From contig NC_081393.1 in the NCBI RefSeq assembly GCF_030684315.1, positions 16,487,479 to 16,551,478 on the forward strand: DNA of 64,000 bases, written 5' to 3'. The translations under genes and the position numbers were made by a program. The stretch is from Stegostoma tigrinum (taxonomy: Eukaryota). Position 1 is the first letter of the stretch, and every line of letters begins with the position of its first letter. The notes beneath the pieces were generated by a model. The model had not been told where the DNA came from. It saw only the letters and a program-made list of their open reading frames with translations, and did no database searches. Shown here piece by piece: positions 51,353 through 64,000 of the stretch.

Positions 51353-54298
51353 GACGCCAGATACTAAAGTCTTTCAAGAGTTGACGGATTTCATTCAGGA
51401 ACATTACGATCCCAAGCCTCCTCTAATTCTGAGACACTGTCGGTTTTACTTGGCAATGTGAGAACCGGGGATTCTGTCTTGAGGCTTTTGATGAAATTAA
51501 GATGACTGACAGAGGCATGTGATTTTAGTTCAACTCTAAATGGGATGCTGAGGGACCGATTGGTATGTGAAATTAATGGTGTAACTATGCAAAAACGCTG
51601 ACCAGCTGAACCCAACTGGACTTCAAACAGGCATTACAACTGACTTTATTACTGGGAAATGCGGCAAGTGGAGCATATAAGTTACAGGGTATTCCAATGG
51701 AAGTGGATGCCCTCGCCAGTCCAATTCAGCTTGGGGAATACCACTTCAGTAAAGGCAATTTCATAGCCTCACTTAGGACATATCCTGAACAGAGGGACTC
51801 TAAGTTAGCCCACAGCAAAACCCCAAAACAAAGACAAGCCTTGGCCAAACAGTTAACATGTTCTTCAGGATCCAGGCCGGGAAACCATTGTAGTTGCTGC
51901 CAGAATGTGGACTCAAGACAGTAAAACAGTTCCACTAGACCTAAACTGAGTAAGAAAGCTCATAGGCCGGTATCCAGCAGAATGCACATTCTGGAAAGTC
52001 CACATCTGCTTTGGAATGGTTAAATTGCTTGGCAACATCCAAATCAGAATCAATCAAAATAAATGTCTGGTTTAATAGTCACCCAGTTCTAATGGAGATT
52101 GATACTGGCACAGCCACTTCAGCGATTGCTGAACCAGTCTTTAATAAAATTCGCTCTGCACTCCAACCCTTACGTTTGTGCAAGATCTTGGCTAGGCAGA
52201 GAACCTACACCAGGGAACCATTACAGATTAAGGGTACATCAGGGTCATTTTAGCTCATAGGTGGCCCAATGGAGAGGAATGTCCAATTGTGGATTTTGGC
52301 TAATGCAGAGCATAAATACGCCCAGATAGAGAAGGAAGGCCACATTTGAAGTCAACAAGTTCCATCAATATCTTTGAAGACATAAATTTGTAATAATAAC
52401 AGTTGTAACAACGACAAGTTGGAACACCATCCAGGAAGCCAAAAAGCAAATGTGGATGCACTGAGCCATCTCACGCTGGCAGATACACCACAGGTGGTAC
52501 CACCATTTGAAGATTCTATAAAGGTTTTTAATTTTCTGGGCACAGTTCTAGTCACAGCTGACAATATCAGACTTTGGTTGCAGAAGGATCTGGTTCTGGC
52601 AGAACTGAAGCAGCTGATGTTGACAGGGGAAAGCAAAGGGCCGCCACAAACAGAAATGAAACCCTTTTGGACCTGGAGAGACCAGATCACAACCAAGGAT
52701 GGCATATTGTTGTGGGGAGCTAGACTGATTGTCCTGATCAAAGGTGCTGCCAGATACTAGCTGAACTCCACCAGAGTCATCCAGGGGTTTCCAAAATGAA
52801 GTTATTGGTGAGATGTTTTGTCTGGTGGCCAGAGCTGGATGCAAACATAGCTGTGATGGTGGGACAGTGCCCAGAGAGCCAATAAGGACATAACTTGCCC
52901 TCAACAGCTCCCCCACATTCACGGAAATGGGCAGGTAAACCCTGGACTCGGTTACACATCGAACATGCGGGTCCTTTCATGGGCTCATTGTTCTTAGTCA
53001 TTGTGGGCTTCCACTCAAAGTGGCTGGACACGCATAGAGTTCATTCATCAAACATAGGGGACGATGACAGAAAAACCGCATACATCTTTTGCAATACGCG
53101 GACTCCCAGAAGTGTTGGTCACAGATAATGGCCATTGTTTCCCAGCAGGGAATTTGCGTATTTCTTAAAGTCGAATAGTATTTGTCATAAAATGACAGCT
53201 CCATCCCATCTATCATCCAATGGTCTGGCAGAAAAAGCAGTCCAATCTTTGAAGGCAAGCTTAAAGATAAAGCCTACAGCTTCACGAGATACCAAACTGT
53301 CCTGGTTCCTACTTGATTATCAGACCAGCCCTCATGCAACTACAGGGATAGCTCCAGCAGAGTTGCTAATTGAGAGAAGACTTTGCACCAGGTTAAATCT
53401 GATCCTCCCAGACCTGCTGGGGGGCAGGGGCAGGGAGGTGGGCACGTTTGAAACGGTGTCAGGAATGCCAATGCCAGACACAAGACTCTGCTAAGCAAGA
53501 CAGCTTACTTCAGGGGATGAAATTTGTTGCAGGAATCACAGGAATGGCCCTGCATGTCCAGGCCATGTCCAGTGACCTGAGGTCAGGTCCAGTGATGTAC
53601 AAAGCTCAGGCAAGTGTGATGGTCCTGAACAAGCACATGGACCATAAGAAAGCTGCAAAATCACAAACAGTGCAGGACCAAAACATGCCCAGCTTTTTGA
53701 CTGCCTTTCTGACTGTTCTGGACTTTATTTCCTTGGAACAGAGGGAGGCTGAGCGGAGATTTAATGGAGAAATGTATAATATCATGAGGGGTCTTAACAG
53801 AATGGATAGGATGAGCTGAGAGGTTCTCCCACTCCGTCAAGTGTTGGCGATACCTCAGAATCTGAGATGGACATGGCGGATGCCTTTGCTGCCTGAAGAG
53901 GAGAATTAATTTCTTCTGAGACAATCTGGGTGCAAGAGGCGAGCTATTGTGCATTATACACAGCCCTTATCAGAGACAGAGTTGGAGGAATCTGACACAC
54001 TGCTAAAATGCCTCAGGAGGAGCTATTTAAAAAAATGGCCTCTATCCTTGAACTCAGAGGAGGAGGGATGTAGTAATTGTACAAAGTCAGCCTGGCGGAC
54101 CCCATAGAATATGAGATCCCTGACTGGGTCTGTTAATCCGGTTCAGTTAGCAAACCCTGGCTGACAGATATTAAGAGCAGTGTCAGAGGTTCTATTCACT
54201 CTGAGATCTGGCTCTGAAGGAGTTGGACCAGTGTCAAGGACTCTTTACATGTGAGTAAAGGGTGACGTGGTGACAGGATACAGGCCTCTGTGGAGACT
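51353..54298 (+). mobile_element. Degenerate Ty3/Gypsy LTR retrotransposon (gag, protease, RNase H remnant, integrase, 3' LTR)
   Basis: Protease MEIDTG, RNase H remnant KYAQIEKEG...KFHQYL, integrase PWTRLHIEHAGPF...SNGLAEKAVQ, polypurine tract AGAGGAGGAGGGA at 54056-54068, then TG starting the LTR at 54069. Confidence 0.88.
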
Positions 54299-56288
54299 TT
54301 TCCCCGCCCCCTCCCACCATCCCCACCCCAATTACCCAGCAACTTGCTTTAAATGTACGACCCTAGTATTAACATCTCAGCTCATCCTGTCCATTCTGTT
54401 ACACAGAATGCTGGATATCTGATATCAAAAATGCTGGAGAAACTTAACAAGTCTTGCACGAAATGACGGTAGAAATTGCAGAAGCAACTGGCTGTAATCT
54501 TTCAGTCTTCCTTGAGTATATTTATACAGAACTGGCTGAGTTACAGGAAACATTGCATAATGGATATTTTTTGGGCTGGAGGAAGATTCATGTTGGAGTT
54601 CCCCATGGATCAATATTGACATCCTTGCTTTTCTTGGTAATATATTAATGATCTACATCTTGGTGTGCAGGGGACAATTTCAAAGTTTGAAGATGATATA
54701 AAACCCTGGAAGAATTGTAAACTGTGAGGAAGACAGCGTAGAACTGTAACAGGACACTGACATGTTGTTAGAGTGGGCGAATAGGTGGCATGTAAATTTC
54801 AATGCAGAGAAGTGTGAGGTAATGTATTGTGAGGTGAGTTAAGCCACAATCTTTAAGCATGGGATGCACGTTATAGAAACAAGAGTGGGTTATCTTTGCT
54901 TGTTGGACGATGCTGGAGTAATGTTTGATTTGGCAGCAGTAATTGACCACAGCAGTGCTTTAAGTTGATAAAGCTTTCTATGCACAATATAAAGCTAGAG
55001 CAGGAAGCAGAAAATGAGTTGCAATTTGATAACAGCTTAATAATATTCAAATAGGGACTGGAAGGCTAGAAACTGCACATGTGCAGGCAGGTGACCCTCT
55101 GAGATTGAGATTTGTGCTGAGGAGGATGGTATATGTATTGCACCCTTAAATGTTTCATGTGGACAGGAGGTAGCAGGAGTGTCACAATCCTTACTTCTGC
55201 CAGTTCACGTACTTGGCCTGCCTGTCAGTAATTGGTTCAAATTCTGCTCCTGCATCCCATCAAGGCTGCTCAGAGGAAGTGCCATTGTCAATAATGTTAC
55301 CTTTTGGAGAAGGCATTAAACACAAGTCCCATCTGCCCAGTCTGGTGAAGTTTCAAAGATCCCATGACACTATTTGAAGATGAGCAGAGAGCCATCTCTT
55401 CTGGTGTCATGACATACGACTTTGCTCAAGTCTGACCCAATGAAGATTTCTCTGTCTGCAACAGAAATTCCACCTCATTGGCTGTGAGATGATACAAGGA
55501 TGATGTGATAAGACGAGTTCTATTTTTACTGCCATTTTTCACCTCAGTGAGCATAACCACCAGAATAGGAACAATGTCTGATCAGGAGACGTCCAAGTGT
55601 GAGATGAATGATCATATCTCACTATGATGTTAGCAAGAAGGGTTCAGCTGCAGCAGATTAAAATAGAGGAGTCTCAGCCAGTGTACATGTTGGGTTCATC
55701 ACTGAACTGTAGGTTCGGGGAGATGAATAGACCTTCCCTGAACACACACTATTTTATCATTACACTGGGACTGCATCCAACTGAAGCCCATTGCTTCCTG
55801 TTGCCATGTGCCACCATTCCCCCACCCTGCTGTCTGCTTCTCTGTGCTCTTCACTCATACTGATGCAACCCCAGCCAAAATAATTCCTCATACATCATCT
55901 TTGGACAATAGGAAGGAGAAATTGTTAAGACAATATCGGCACTGTTCTCAAGGACTGAATATTGCTTTCTCACAAATGACTCCCAGGGGCCTTTACCAAT
56001 GAGTATAACACAAGCAAAATCAAATGTTCTCTGTTCGGTCTATAAACCCCTTATCTCCATTCCAATGTTTTTCATGTTGTCCAAGTGTCTCCAATTTGCT
56101 TCAATAACTGGAGTTCCATGACCATTGTTGCTAGGTTACAGATTGACACCCAGTTGTAATGTCAGAAAATCATCCTTTGCACTTTCCTTCTGATTTCCTC
56201 TTGTAGCTTTTCTAAGAGTCTCAGCTGGTGTCCCTGGCGTCTCTAAATGCCCAATTTCTGTCATCTCACACTCAACATTCATTCTGCT

Positions 56289-56507
56289 TGTGGTAACTGG
56301 AAAGAGGTCAGCCGGGGTCCTCCCAGATTATGAGTTCCTTGATTAGGGTTGTTAACCTGGTTCAATTAGGGAGCACTGGCTGACAGATAAGAACAGGAGC
56401 ATCAACATCCTGTTCACTCTGAGAGCTGCCTCTTAGGGAGCTGGATCAGTATCAAGTACTCTCCACATGTAAGGGTGAGTTGGTAACAGAATAGTGGAGT
56501 TGTTTCA
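56289..56507 (+). mobile_element. Solo LTR related to the Gypsy LTR at 54069-54298
   Basis: TG...CA termini. Shared blocks tatgag.tcc.tga, ctggctgacagata, ttcactctgaga.ctg, ca.t.tcaag.actct..acatgt. Confidence 0.75.
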
Positions 56508-58399
56508 CCGTTGTAACCTCCAAATTATTTGTCTTCCTGCTGTCAATCTCTAAACTCAAACCATGTCCCATCTTTGTACAGTGAGAGAGAGCAGTGGAGG
56601 TGGAAATCAGAAAGCAATTCAGAGGGCTGGTGGGAAAAGGTTCTCTCCACTATTCTTAATCAGCAAGAGAGGGGAGCAATTAAAGAGGGAGTAAGTTGTA
56701 TTTGGTATGACACGTTATTCAGAAGCTATTCTTCATTTGCTAAAGATGAAGGTTCATTCAATCTGAATTAAAAGATTTTAGAAAAGCTATCAGATGAATT
56801 GAACTATCACATCAGCATCGATTGCACAGACACAGAAGATGGTAACAGTTCTTACACAGTCTAACTCTGATGGGAAGGTCACCACACAAACCCACAGAAT
56901 GAATATATATAACATTGCCTACGGAAGCTTAAATTTTAAGCAAGGGCTTTTTTTGTGAAACAAGGTTGGTTGTGATGAAGCCGTTTCCTTGGATAAAATG
57001 GCAGATTTCAAGGAAATAGGACATCAAAATAGAGTCTTCTTTCCTTCAGTAACAACAAGCCCATCAGATGTAAACTTGCTTTCCTGTGGGAGAAAACAGC
57101 CCCTAACTAAACTTGCATTTTCTATTACTATGAACAAAAGATAATGCCAGACTTCTGACAAGACCTGTCTTTATATTCCTGGACTGTTTTAACCAATGGA
57201 CAGCTTTATGTGTTTTGTTTTCTACAGTGGAAAGCTTTGACTTTATTTGAAGTCCTCAGTAAAAGAATAGCCAGAAATCCTGCACTTAAAGAAGTCTTAT
57301 TACAATAAATATACAAATATATAAACTGGACTGCAAATGTTTTGTAGGTTCCTGGCAACATATTTATCTTAATTTGCCATTCTAGATACATCATTGTGTT
57401 GTGTGACACAACTTGGGTTTTAGAGTAACCCGGGACATTTATAGTTTACAACCTTTGAATGCTTTGAGGGATGAGTACTTCTTAGCCCATGCTGTCAGAA
57501 GAATTGAAACTATAACTGGCTGAGAAGCAGGGCTCTCAACTATACCTCTAGCCAGGCTGGTGGATGCACTCTGCTTTTCCCACGCTTAACCACTGCCTTT
57601 CAAGCTGCCTCTACGACGCACAATGTTCAGTACTTCTCTTAACTCCTTACACACTGTAGCAGACCATGCATGTATGCAGCAAGACCTAGAAAACATTCCA
57701 TCCCAGTCTGAGAAGTGACAACTAGCACTATATGTTTACGTGTCCAAAAGAGAGCATTAATATTTGGTGGTATTATCATTGCTAAATTTCCTATTATCCA
57801 TATTTCTGGAGGGTCACCATTGAAACTGAACCACAGCAGCCATGTAAACACTGTGGCTACAAGAGAAGGTGCGAACTTTGCAATGGGTAACTCACTTGCT
57901 GACTCCCCAAAGCCTGTCTATCATTGACAAAACTAAGGCATGAGCACCTGCCTGGATGTATGCAGTTCCACAAACACTCAAGAAGATTAACACCAGCCAG
58001 GATGAAACAGCTCACTTGATCAGCATCCTATCCGCAATCTTAAATGTTCACTCCTTACTCCACCAGTGAACAGTAGCAGCAGTGTGTACCTTGCACTTTA
58101 ACAACTCACATTTCAGACTTCCCATTTCTCACTCCTATCGGGCAAAACTCTTTAGTGGGTTCAGGTCTTTGGAAGAACGGGGTAGGATCAAAAAGCTCCA
58201 GTTCATGGACAGACAGAAGATAAGGATCCAATATGCTGGTGACTCACTGCAGTCACAATGTCTTGTATCTTGAAAAATGTGAAAATGCCAAGCTCAGGAA
58301 ACCAGAAACAAATGCTGAAACTGCTGAAGGAACATTGATCTAACGGAAAAAAGGGAGCTTCATGCTTTATACATGGACCCTTCAAAACCAGAGCAGCAC

Positions 58400-58900
58400 T
58401 GAGAAGAAGCAACTGTTTCTGTGGAGAAAGAGAGGGAGAGAAACAAAGTCAATGTTTCAGGTCTGTGACCTTGCATCAGAATTGGGAAAAGTTAGAAATG
58501 TAATGTAATAGGTTTCGAGCAGGTGATAGGGCAGAGGGTGAAGAGATTACATGATAACAGGTCATGGGACAGATAAAGAAACAAAAGATGTCTCTAAAGG
58601 AGGTGTGAGTGACAAAATAGCTACTGTTTGAGTTCTAGAGAGATCTTTCACAAATATGCACACCAGCAAATAGACATGAAATGGAATGGGGGCAAAAGTT
58701 CTGATCTAAAATGAATGAACTTGATGTTGACCCCAGGACACTGTTAAGTATCTTTTTGAAAGGCAGTCAATGTGTGATTTTGCTTTTTCTCCAGGAGTCC
58801 AATGTTGTAGTTTGAGGTTCTTTAACATTGGAGAGTGAAGCAGTTCTGTCCATTGACATTGGTGGGAGCCACAGTAACCTCCATTATGTAATAATGGCAC
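58400..58900 (-). mobile_element. Old Penelope 3' fragment with decayed hammerhead
   Basis: Minus strand ctgatgcaaggtcacagacctgaaacattg at about 58450-58479, preceded by GIY-YIG-end-like sequence. Confidence 0.55.
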
Positions 58901-59949
58901 TGTCTAGGGCATTGCTACTCAACAGCATTCTTTGTGATGAAGAGGGGGGACGGAATCGGGGCAATCAGTTCCGGAATCTGTAATTAACAATAATAGGCAT
59001 TGACGCCCAATCTGATGGAGGCATCATCAAGGATAAGCTTGATAGAAAAAGGGCTCAGAAAGAAAGTGTGAATGATCAGATAGCCTCAATCTAGCAGCTG
59101 GCTGGATATGGGATTAATAGCATGCCCTGGCAGTAAACCAGCTGGCACCTCACACAGAGTGGCACTAAGAGGAAGTTAAAATAGAAAAGCAACAAGTGGT
59201 TAGGAAGAATGGATGAAGAACTGGCTTCATGTTGGCAAGCAGCATTAATGAAACATGAACACTACTGCCTGAGCCAGGGAACTGGCCGAGCCAGAACTGT
59301 GCGAATGAATGATGTGCCTGTGGTTCAAAGTCATTGATCGGATTGTCTGTTTGTGTCAGGTCTCTGGGGTGCAGAATGATGGATGAACGATTCCTGGCTA
59401 TGTCTGAATGAGAGATTGACTGGCCGAGAGTACCTTTGTTAATGTGATCAACCAGACGGAAAAGCCAAGAAAGAGCATTTACTTTCTAAGGCACATTTCA
59501 CTGCCTCTATGGCCTGAAGCACTTTCCAGCCATTGAGGAAACTTTTAAAATTGTCACTTTAAAGTATCTGTTGTAATGTAGGAAACCCTGCAGCCAATTT
59601 GCACACAGCAAGCTCCCACAAACAGCAATGCAATAATGACCAGACAACCTGTTGTCAATGATTTTGATGGAGGGGTTAATATTAACCAGGTCACGGGACT
59701 AACACCCCCTCTGCCCTGTAAACTCCTGCTCTTCTTTGAAACAGTACCATGAGATCTTTTAAACTGGCAGAGGAGTCCTTGGGTTAATATCTCACCTGAA
59801 AGACAGCATCTCGGACAGGCCGAATAGCCTTTGCCTTTTGGTTTTGCCTGTGTCAGGTACCAGTTGCAGCTCCATAAACAATAGGCTTGTCTCAAGAGTC
59901 ACGAGGTTGGGCATTCAAACTGCACTCATATAAACAGTTGGGCACAAAA

Positions 59950-60080
59950 ATAAAAACTGAAATAACTGCAGATGCTGGGAATTAGAAACAGAAACTGCTG
60001 GAAACGTTCAGCAGGTCTGGCAGCATCTGTGGAGAAAATTCAGAGTTAAACATTTCAGGTCTGGTGATCCTTTCCCAGAA
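59950..60080 (-). mobile_element. Short Penelope-terminus-derived repeat (same family as 14581-14678)
   Basis: Reverse complement ttctgggaaaggatcaccagacctgaaatgtttaactctg...cacagatgctgccagacctgctga. Confidence 0.7.
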
Positions 60081-60156
60081 CTGTGCACATGACGTAATAA
60101 AATGTGAGGCTGGACGAACACAGCAGGCCAAGCAGCATCTCAGGAGCACAAAAGCT

Positions 60157-60184
60157 GACGTTTCGGGCCTAGACCCTTCATCAG
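60157..60184 (-). ncRNA. Minimal type I hammerhead ribozyme motif (left arm)
   Basis: Minus strand CTGATGA-agggtctaggccc-GAAAC-GTC. Confidence 0.75.
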
Positions 60185-62982
60185 AGAGGGGGATGGGGAG
60201 AGAGTTCTGGAATAAATAGGGAGAGAGGGGGAGGCGGACCGAAGATGGAGAGTAAAGAAGATAGGTGGAGAGAGTATAGGTGGGGAGGTAGGGAGGGGAT
60301 AGGTCAGTCCAGGGAAGACGGACAGGTCAAGGAGGTGGAATGAGGTTAGTAGGTAGATGGGGGTGCGGCTTGGGGTGGGAGGAAGGGATGGGTGAGAGGA
60401 AGAACCGCTTAGGGAGGCAGAGACAGGTTGGACTGGTTTTGGGATGCAGTGGGTGGGGGGGAAGAGCTGGGCTGGTTGTGTGGTGCAGTGGGGGGAGGGG
60501 ACGAACTGGGCTGGTTTAGGGATGCAGTTGGGGAAGGGGAGATTTTGAAACTGGTGAAGTCCACATTGATACCATTAGGCTGCAGGGTTCCCAGGCGGAA
60601 TATGAGTTGCTGTTCCTGCAACCTTCGGGTGGCATCATTGTGGCACTGCAGGAGGCCCATGATGGACATGTCATCTAAAGAATGGGAGGGGGAGTGGAAA
60701 TAGTTTGCGACTGGGAGGTGCAGTTGTTTGTTGCGAACTGAGCAGAGGTGTTCTGCAAAGCGGTCTCCAAGCCTCCGCTTGGTTTCCCCAATGTAGAGGA
60801 GGCCACACCGGGTACAGTGGATGCAGTATACCACATTGGCAGATGTGCAGGTGAACCTCTGCTTAATGTGGAATGTCATCTTGGGGCCTGGGATAGGGGT
60901 GAGGGAGGAGGTGTGGGGGCAAGTGTAGCATTTCCTGCGGTTGCAGGGGAAGGTGCCGGGTGTGGTGGGGTTGGAGGGCAGTGTGGAGCGAACAAGGGAG
61001 TCACGGAGAGAGTGGTCTCTCCGGAAAGCAGACAGGGTTGGGGATGGAAAAATGTCTTGGGTGGTGGGGTCGGATTGTAAATGGCGGAAGTGTCGGAGGA
61101 TGATGCGTTGTATCCGGAGGTTGGTAGGGTGGTGTGTGAGAACGAGGGTGATCCTCTTTGGGCGGTTGTGGCGGGGGCGGGGTGTGAGGGATGTGTTGCG
61201 GGAAATATGGGAGACGCGGTCAAGGGCGTTCTCAATCACTGTGGGGGGAAAGTTGCGGTCCTTGAAGAACTTGGACATCTGGGATGTGCGGGAGTGGAAT
61301 GTCTTATCGTGGGAGCAGATGCGGCGGAGGCGGAGGAATTGGGAATAGGGGATGGAATTTTTGCAGGAGGGTGGGTGGGAGGAGGTGTATTCTCGGTAGC
61401 TGTGGGAATCAGTGGGCTTGAAATGGACATCAGTTACAAGCTGGTTGCCTGAGATGGAGACTGAGAGGTCCAGGAAGGTGAGGGATGTGCTGGAGATGGC
61501 CTAGGTGAACTGAAGGTTGGGGTGGAAGGTGTTGGTGAAGTGGATGAACTGTTCGAGCTCCTCTGGGGAGCAAGAGGCGGCACCGATACAGTCATCAATG
61601 TACCGGAGGAAGAGGTGGGGTTTGGGGCCTGTGTAGGTGCGGAAGAGGCACTGTTCCAAGTAACCTACAAAGAGGCAGGCATAGCTGGGGCCATCTCCAG
61701 CACATCCCTCACCTTCCTGGACCTCTCAGTCTCCATCTCAGGCAACCAGCTTGTAACTGATGTCCATTTCAAGCCCACCGACTCCCACAGCTACCTAGAA
61801 TACACCTCCTCCCACCCACCCTCCTGCAAAAATTCCATCCCCTATTCCCAATTCCTCCGCCTCCGCCGCATCTGCTCCCACGATAAGACATTCCACTCCC
61901 ACACATCCCGGATGTCCAAGTTCTTCAAGGACCGCAACTTTCCCCCCACAGTGATCGAGAACGCCCTTGACCGCGTCTCCCGTATTTCCGGCAACGCATC
62001 CCTCACACCCCGCCCCCACCACAACCGCCCAAAGAGGATCACCCTCGTTCTCACACACCACCCTACCAACCTCCGGATACAACGCATCATCCTCCGACAC
62101 TTCCGCCATTTACAATCCGACCCCACCACCCAAGACATTTTTCCATCCCCAACCCTGTCTGCTTTCCGGAGAGACCACTCTCTCCGTGACTCCCTTGTTC
62201 GCTCCACACTGCCCTCCAACCCCACCACACCCGGTACCTTCCCCTGCAACCGCAGGAAATGCGACACTTGCCCCCACACCTCCTCCCTCACCCCTATCCC
62301 AGGCCCCAAGATGACATTCCACATTAAGCAGAGGTTCACCTGCACATCTGCCAATGTGGTATACTGCATCCACTGTACCCGGTGTGGCTTCCTCTACATT
62401 GGGGAAACCAAGCGGAGGCTTGGAGACCGCTTTGCAGAACACCTCTGCTCAGTTCGCAACAAACAACTGCACCTCCCAGTCGCAAACCATTTCCACTCCC
62501 CCTCCCATTCTTTAGATGACATGTCCATCATGGGCCTCCTGCAGTGCCACAATGATGCCACCTGAAGGTTGCAGGAACAGCAACTCATATTCCGCCTGGG
62601 AACCCTGCAGCCTAATGGTATCAATGTGGACTTCACCAGTTTCAAAATCTCCCCTTCCCCAACTGCATCTCTAAACCAGCCCAGTTCGTTCCCTCCCCCC
62701 ACTGCACCACACAACCAGCCCAGCTCTTCCCCCCCCCACCCACTGCATCCCAAAACCAGTCCAACCTGTCTCTGCCTCCCTAAGCGGTTCTTCCTCTCAC
62801 CCATCCCTTCCTCCTACCCCAAGCCGCACCCCCATCTACCTACTAACCTCATCCCACCTCCTTGACCTGTCCGTCTTCCCTGGACTGACCTATCCCCTCC
62901 CTACCTCCCCACCTATACTCTCTCCACCTATCTTCTTTACTCTCCATCTTCGGTCCACCTCCCCCTCTCTCCATCCCCCTCT

Positions 62983-63010
62983 CTGATGAAGGGTCTAGGC
63001 CCGAAACGTC
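62983..63010 (+). ncRNA. Minimal type I hammerhead ribozyme motif (right arm)
   Basis: CTGATGA core, stem II gggt/ctag/gccc, GAAAC-GTC with a loop-less palindromic stem III (ACGT), as known for Penelope-associated minimal hammerheads. Confidence 0.75.
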
Positions 63011-64000
63011 AGCTTTTGTGCTCCTGAGATGCTGCTTGGCCTGCTGTGTTCGTCCAGCCTCACATTTTATTATCTTGGAATTCTCCAGCATCTGCAGTTC
63101 CCATTATCTCTGTGCACATGACGTAGGCTGATTTTCAAGTGTACTACTGAGGGAGCACTGCTCTATCAAAGATTCTGTCATAATATGGCATTGTTTGTTG
63201 AAATGTTAAATTTGACAACCCTATCTGCCCTCACTAGTTGATACAGCATGTCCAGACTCGATTGTACTACCTCATCAAAACACAGGGGAGTTCTCCCTGG
63301 CATCCCTGCCCTATATTTATCAATTAACATAACTAAAACAAATTATGTGGTTAGTATTACAGTGTGTAAGCATGTCATCATGTGTAACATCTGCCCGTTC
63401 AGACCGCTGGGCCACGGCTCAGCTCTGGAATCCTCTTGTCAGCACTTTCTCCAAGATGAGTACATTCATGCAGTTATGTGGACACAGAACACTCAACAAG
63501 ATTCGTGCATCGTCACAGGGTCCTGATGGGCTATTTATTACTCTGTATATCAGACTAGGGGCAGCGATTTCCTCCTTATTTCCAAAAGCTCGATCTTTCC
63601 AATCAGAATGAGGAAAGGGTAACAAAAAAGAGACTCTTTGCTTTCCACAGTCAGTACCCATTTTCTGCTCTTCTGCTCTGAATTAATCTCTGCACTCTCA
63701 TATAAATCTGAGGTTTCCTCATTATTCCTCGAGGCTGGCAGAACTTGGGAAAGATTTCAAGATTTAAGAGCAAGACAGACTCTGATTGTGAGTTAACTGC
63801 GAGCAAACAGGCAGAAATGTTTTGAAATACACAGGTCTGTGTGAGAGCCCTCCAAACAACTGCAAATCTTCAGCTGCTTCCTCACGTTCAAAAATCTCTC
63901 ACTTGGAAAGCACTATTTTGAAAGGTTTACAAGGAAACGGGGTGGGGTGGAAGGCAGGGGTATAGCTAATTGGATAATCGTTCAATGAGCTAGCAGGAGG

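Larger units (their letters stand above)
60097..63109. mobile_element. Palindromic Neptune-type Penelope-like insertion (two head-to-head 3' halves) with 16-bp TSD
   Basis: Minus arm about 60097-61690, plus arm about 61689-63109. Each encodes the RT end, a CxxxxCxxC linker and the GIY-YIG nuclease (VYCIHC...YIGET). TSD CTGTGCACATGACGTA at 60081-60096 and 63110-63125. Confidence 0.95.

Noticed and set aside
56782-56841. Possible small + strand exon (ttttag|...gatg|gtaaca) of a PHYHIP-like gene
   Set aside because: The peptide is not recognisable and the acceptor lacks a pyrimidine tract. No PHYHIP coding motif (NITCDSF) was found in the window.
61522-62565. 347-aa ORF as a novel protein
   Set aside because: It is a chimera of antisense spacer sequence and Penelope RT/GIY-YIG across the inversion junction.

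Overview
Vertebrate genomic DNA, most likely a cartilaginous fish (shark), judged from HE1-like SINEs, abundant CR1/HER1-like LINEs and Penelope-like elements. Genes: the last two coding exons of WBP1 (+); an intronless 140-aa PFN3-like profilin (+, 6609-7031); and a complete POLR3D (-, 8 coding exons joined in frame at GT-AG junctions, 390 aa). POLR3D has a CpG-rich promoter at ~24.6 kb and a ~2 kb G-rich minisatellite in its inferred first intron. A second CpG-rich region at ~42.5-43.6 kb carries an RE1/NRSE motif, probably the promoter of a neuronal gene whose coding exons I could not find here. The rest is mostly retroelements: CR1 LINEs, an RT-deleted Gypsy relic with a related solo LTR, SINEs, and Penelope-like elements with minimal hammerhead ribozymes. 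The most striking structure is a 3 kb near-perfect palindromic Neptune-type Penelope insertion with a 16-bp target-site duplication (TSD). Two ~200-bp non-coding elements share its architecture (inverted arm, forward arm, ~40-nt tail, TSD). Exon, TSD and motif coordinates were read by hand. Repeat boundaries and family names are approximate and unverified by search.
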